Shown: positions 62,730 through 64,000 of the stretch, piece after piece
How positions within the stretch are numbered: position 1 is the first letter of the stretch
Layout of the letters: each line of letters starts with the position of its first letter
From: the human T2T-CHM13v2.0 reference genome, Homo sapiens
NCBI RefSeq assembly: GCF_009914755.1
Contig: NC_060931.1
Direction: 5' to 3' (one strand)
DNA length: 64,000 bases
Program-made: the position numbers and the translations under genes
The notes under the pieces: generated by a model
The model's input: only the letters and a program-made list of their open reading frames with translations
Database searches by the model: none
Told to the model about the DNA's origin: nothing

Positions 62730-64000
62730 TACTTTTTAATTCTTAAGATTGCTATATAGTTACTGTCTGGCCATCAGGTTACTAACATTGGTCCAGGGTT
62801 GTCACTAAATATAAATTCAAATATCAAAAAATGAAGACTTTTTTTTTTGACAGCGGGGTAAGAGCTGCAGTAGCTTCTGAGATTTCAGATAAGATACTGA
62901 AAGACCTCACCAGCATATCGTAACAACCAAACTGACTTTTGAAAATAATTATAAAATTTAGGTATGTGGAGCACAGAAAATCCTACGGAAACCTTTGAAG
63001 TTTTATTGTACTACTAAAAGAATTGCTTCACCAAAAACTTGTAATATCAGCAGTGTTGTGGTTTTTTTCGGTTTCGAAATATCCCTGGGCTATTTATAGT
63101 TCTGGGTCTTCTCTTAGAGAATTATCAGTGTCACATAAATGTTAAATTTTAAATAAATCATTCCTGAAGTTCATAAATAAAACCTGAATGCATCAAAAAA
63201 TACATACTTATATTCCAATAACTGTAGGAATCATCTCTTTGATATTCATAAACTTTCTGTTCTTTATTCCTTTTTGAGTAAGAGTTTGTTCATTCCAGTG
63301 GTTTTCACAGGAAGGTAGGTGGGGGGTGGTAATAATGCTTCCCAAAGTATTATAACAATATTCTCTACCTAATTGTGAATCACTGGTTTAGAACGCAGCA
63401 GAAATGGCAGCTTGCAGTGAGATTCAGAGCAAAGCATCTTTCAGCTCTGAAAGACTCTGACCACTGCTATAGCCTCTTAATGTATTCTTATGTATATTGG
63501 ATATGTTAAATAGAATTATTGTTCCCTTAGCTTATTTTATACAACTGAAATAACTTATTTTACATTTCTGTATTTTATTTAGTGGCTATCATATATGATC
63601 AATAATCATTGTTCAGTGGACTGCTGGGATTTGGTAAAGCTAGTATCTTTTGATGCTGATCTCATCTTTATCAGTTTCAGCAATCAAACATTTTCCTGAT
63701 ATGTTTTAACTTTAGTTATCTTACTGAAAATTATCACGTTCTATTTGAAAGGTATTATTTCTTAAATGCTTTAGGCTGTATAGAATCAGAATTGAGAATG
63801 AGAAAAGATTGGAGAATAAAGTGGGAATACAGAAAGGACAATGCACAACCCTTTAATAATTGCTAGCATGTGATTAGCTTTTGCTGCCTTTTTTTCTCTC
63901 TTTCTCTTGCCTACTTCTAAACATCCCCTTCATTTTCTTCTCTTTTCCATTTTATCTATTCCTTTTTCACTGTTAGGGGATATTGGCTGACTAGGAAAAT

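Overview
Primate (most likely human, 7q31) genomic DNA. The first ~3.5 kb hold a CpG-island bidirectional promoter. DOCK4 coding exon 1 is on the minus strand (MWIPTEHEKYGV, 2445-2409) and ZNF277 coding exon 1 on the plus strand (MAASKTQGAVARMQEDRDGSCSTVGGVGYG, 3024-3114); the two ATGs are about 580 bp apart. Bases 1-2408 are DOCK4 intron 1. Bases 3115-64000 appear to be ZNF277 intron 1, as I found no further exon, and are dominated by transposon fossils: Alus, two large nested L1 complexes with recognisable TSDs, about eleven LTRs (THE1B, LTR8A, LTR17/HERV-W, MLT2A1, MER31-like, MER57, three MLT1, LTR47-like, MER11C) and hAT/Tc-mariner DNA elements. Nearly all other ORFs in the track are spurious or repeat-derived. 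There is no CRISPR array or prokaryotic content, and no clear new multi-gene system. The most interesting observations are: (1) a ribosomal-protein-gene-like TCT/5'TOP start for ZNF277; (2) a TSD-flanked chimera of an L1 3' end and an inverted 5S rRNA fragment; (3) an unexplained 141-nt hairpin with 64-bp arms; (4) a tailless, internally primed Alu; (5) a DOCK4 uORF; (6) a ~175-bp direct duplication about 1 kb apart. Repeat subfamily names come from my recall of consensus sequences, not from a RepeatMasker run.
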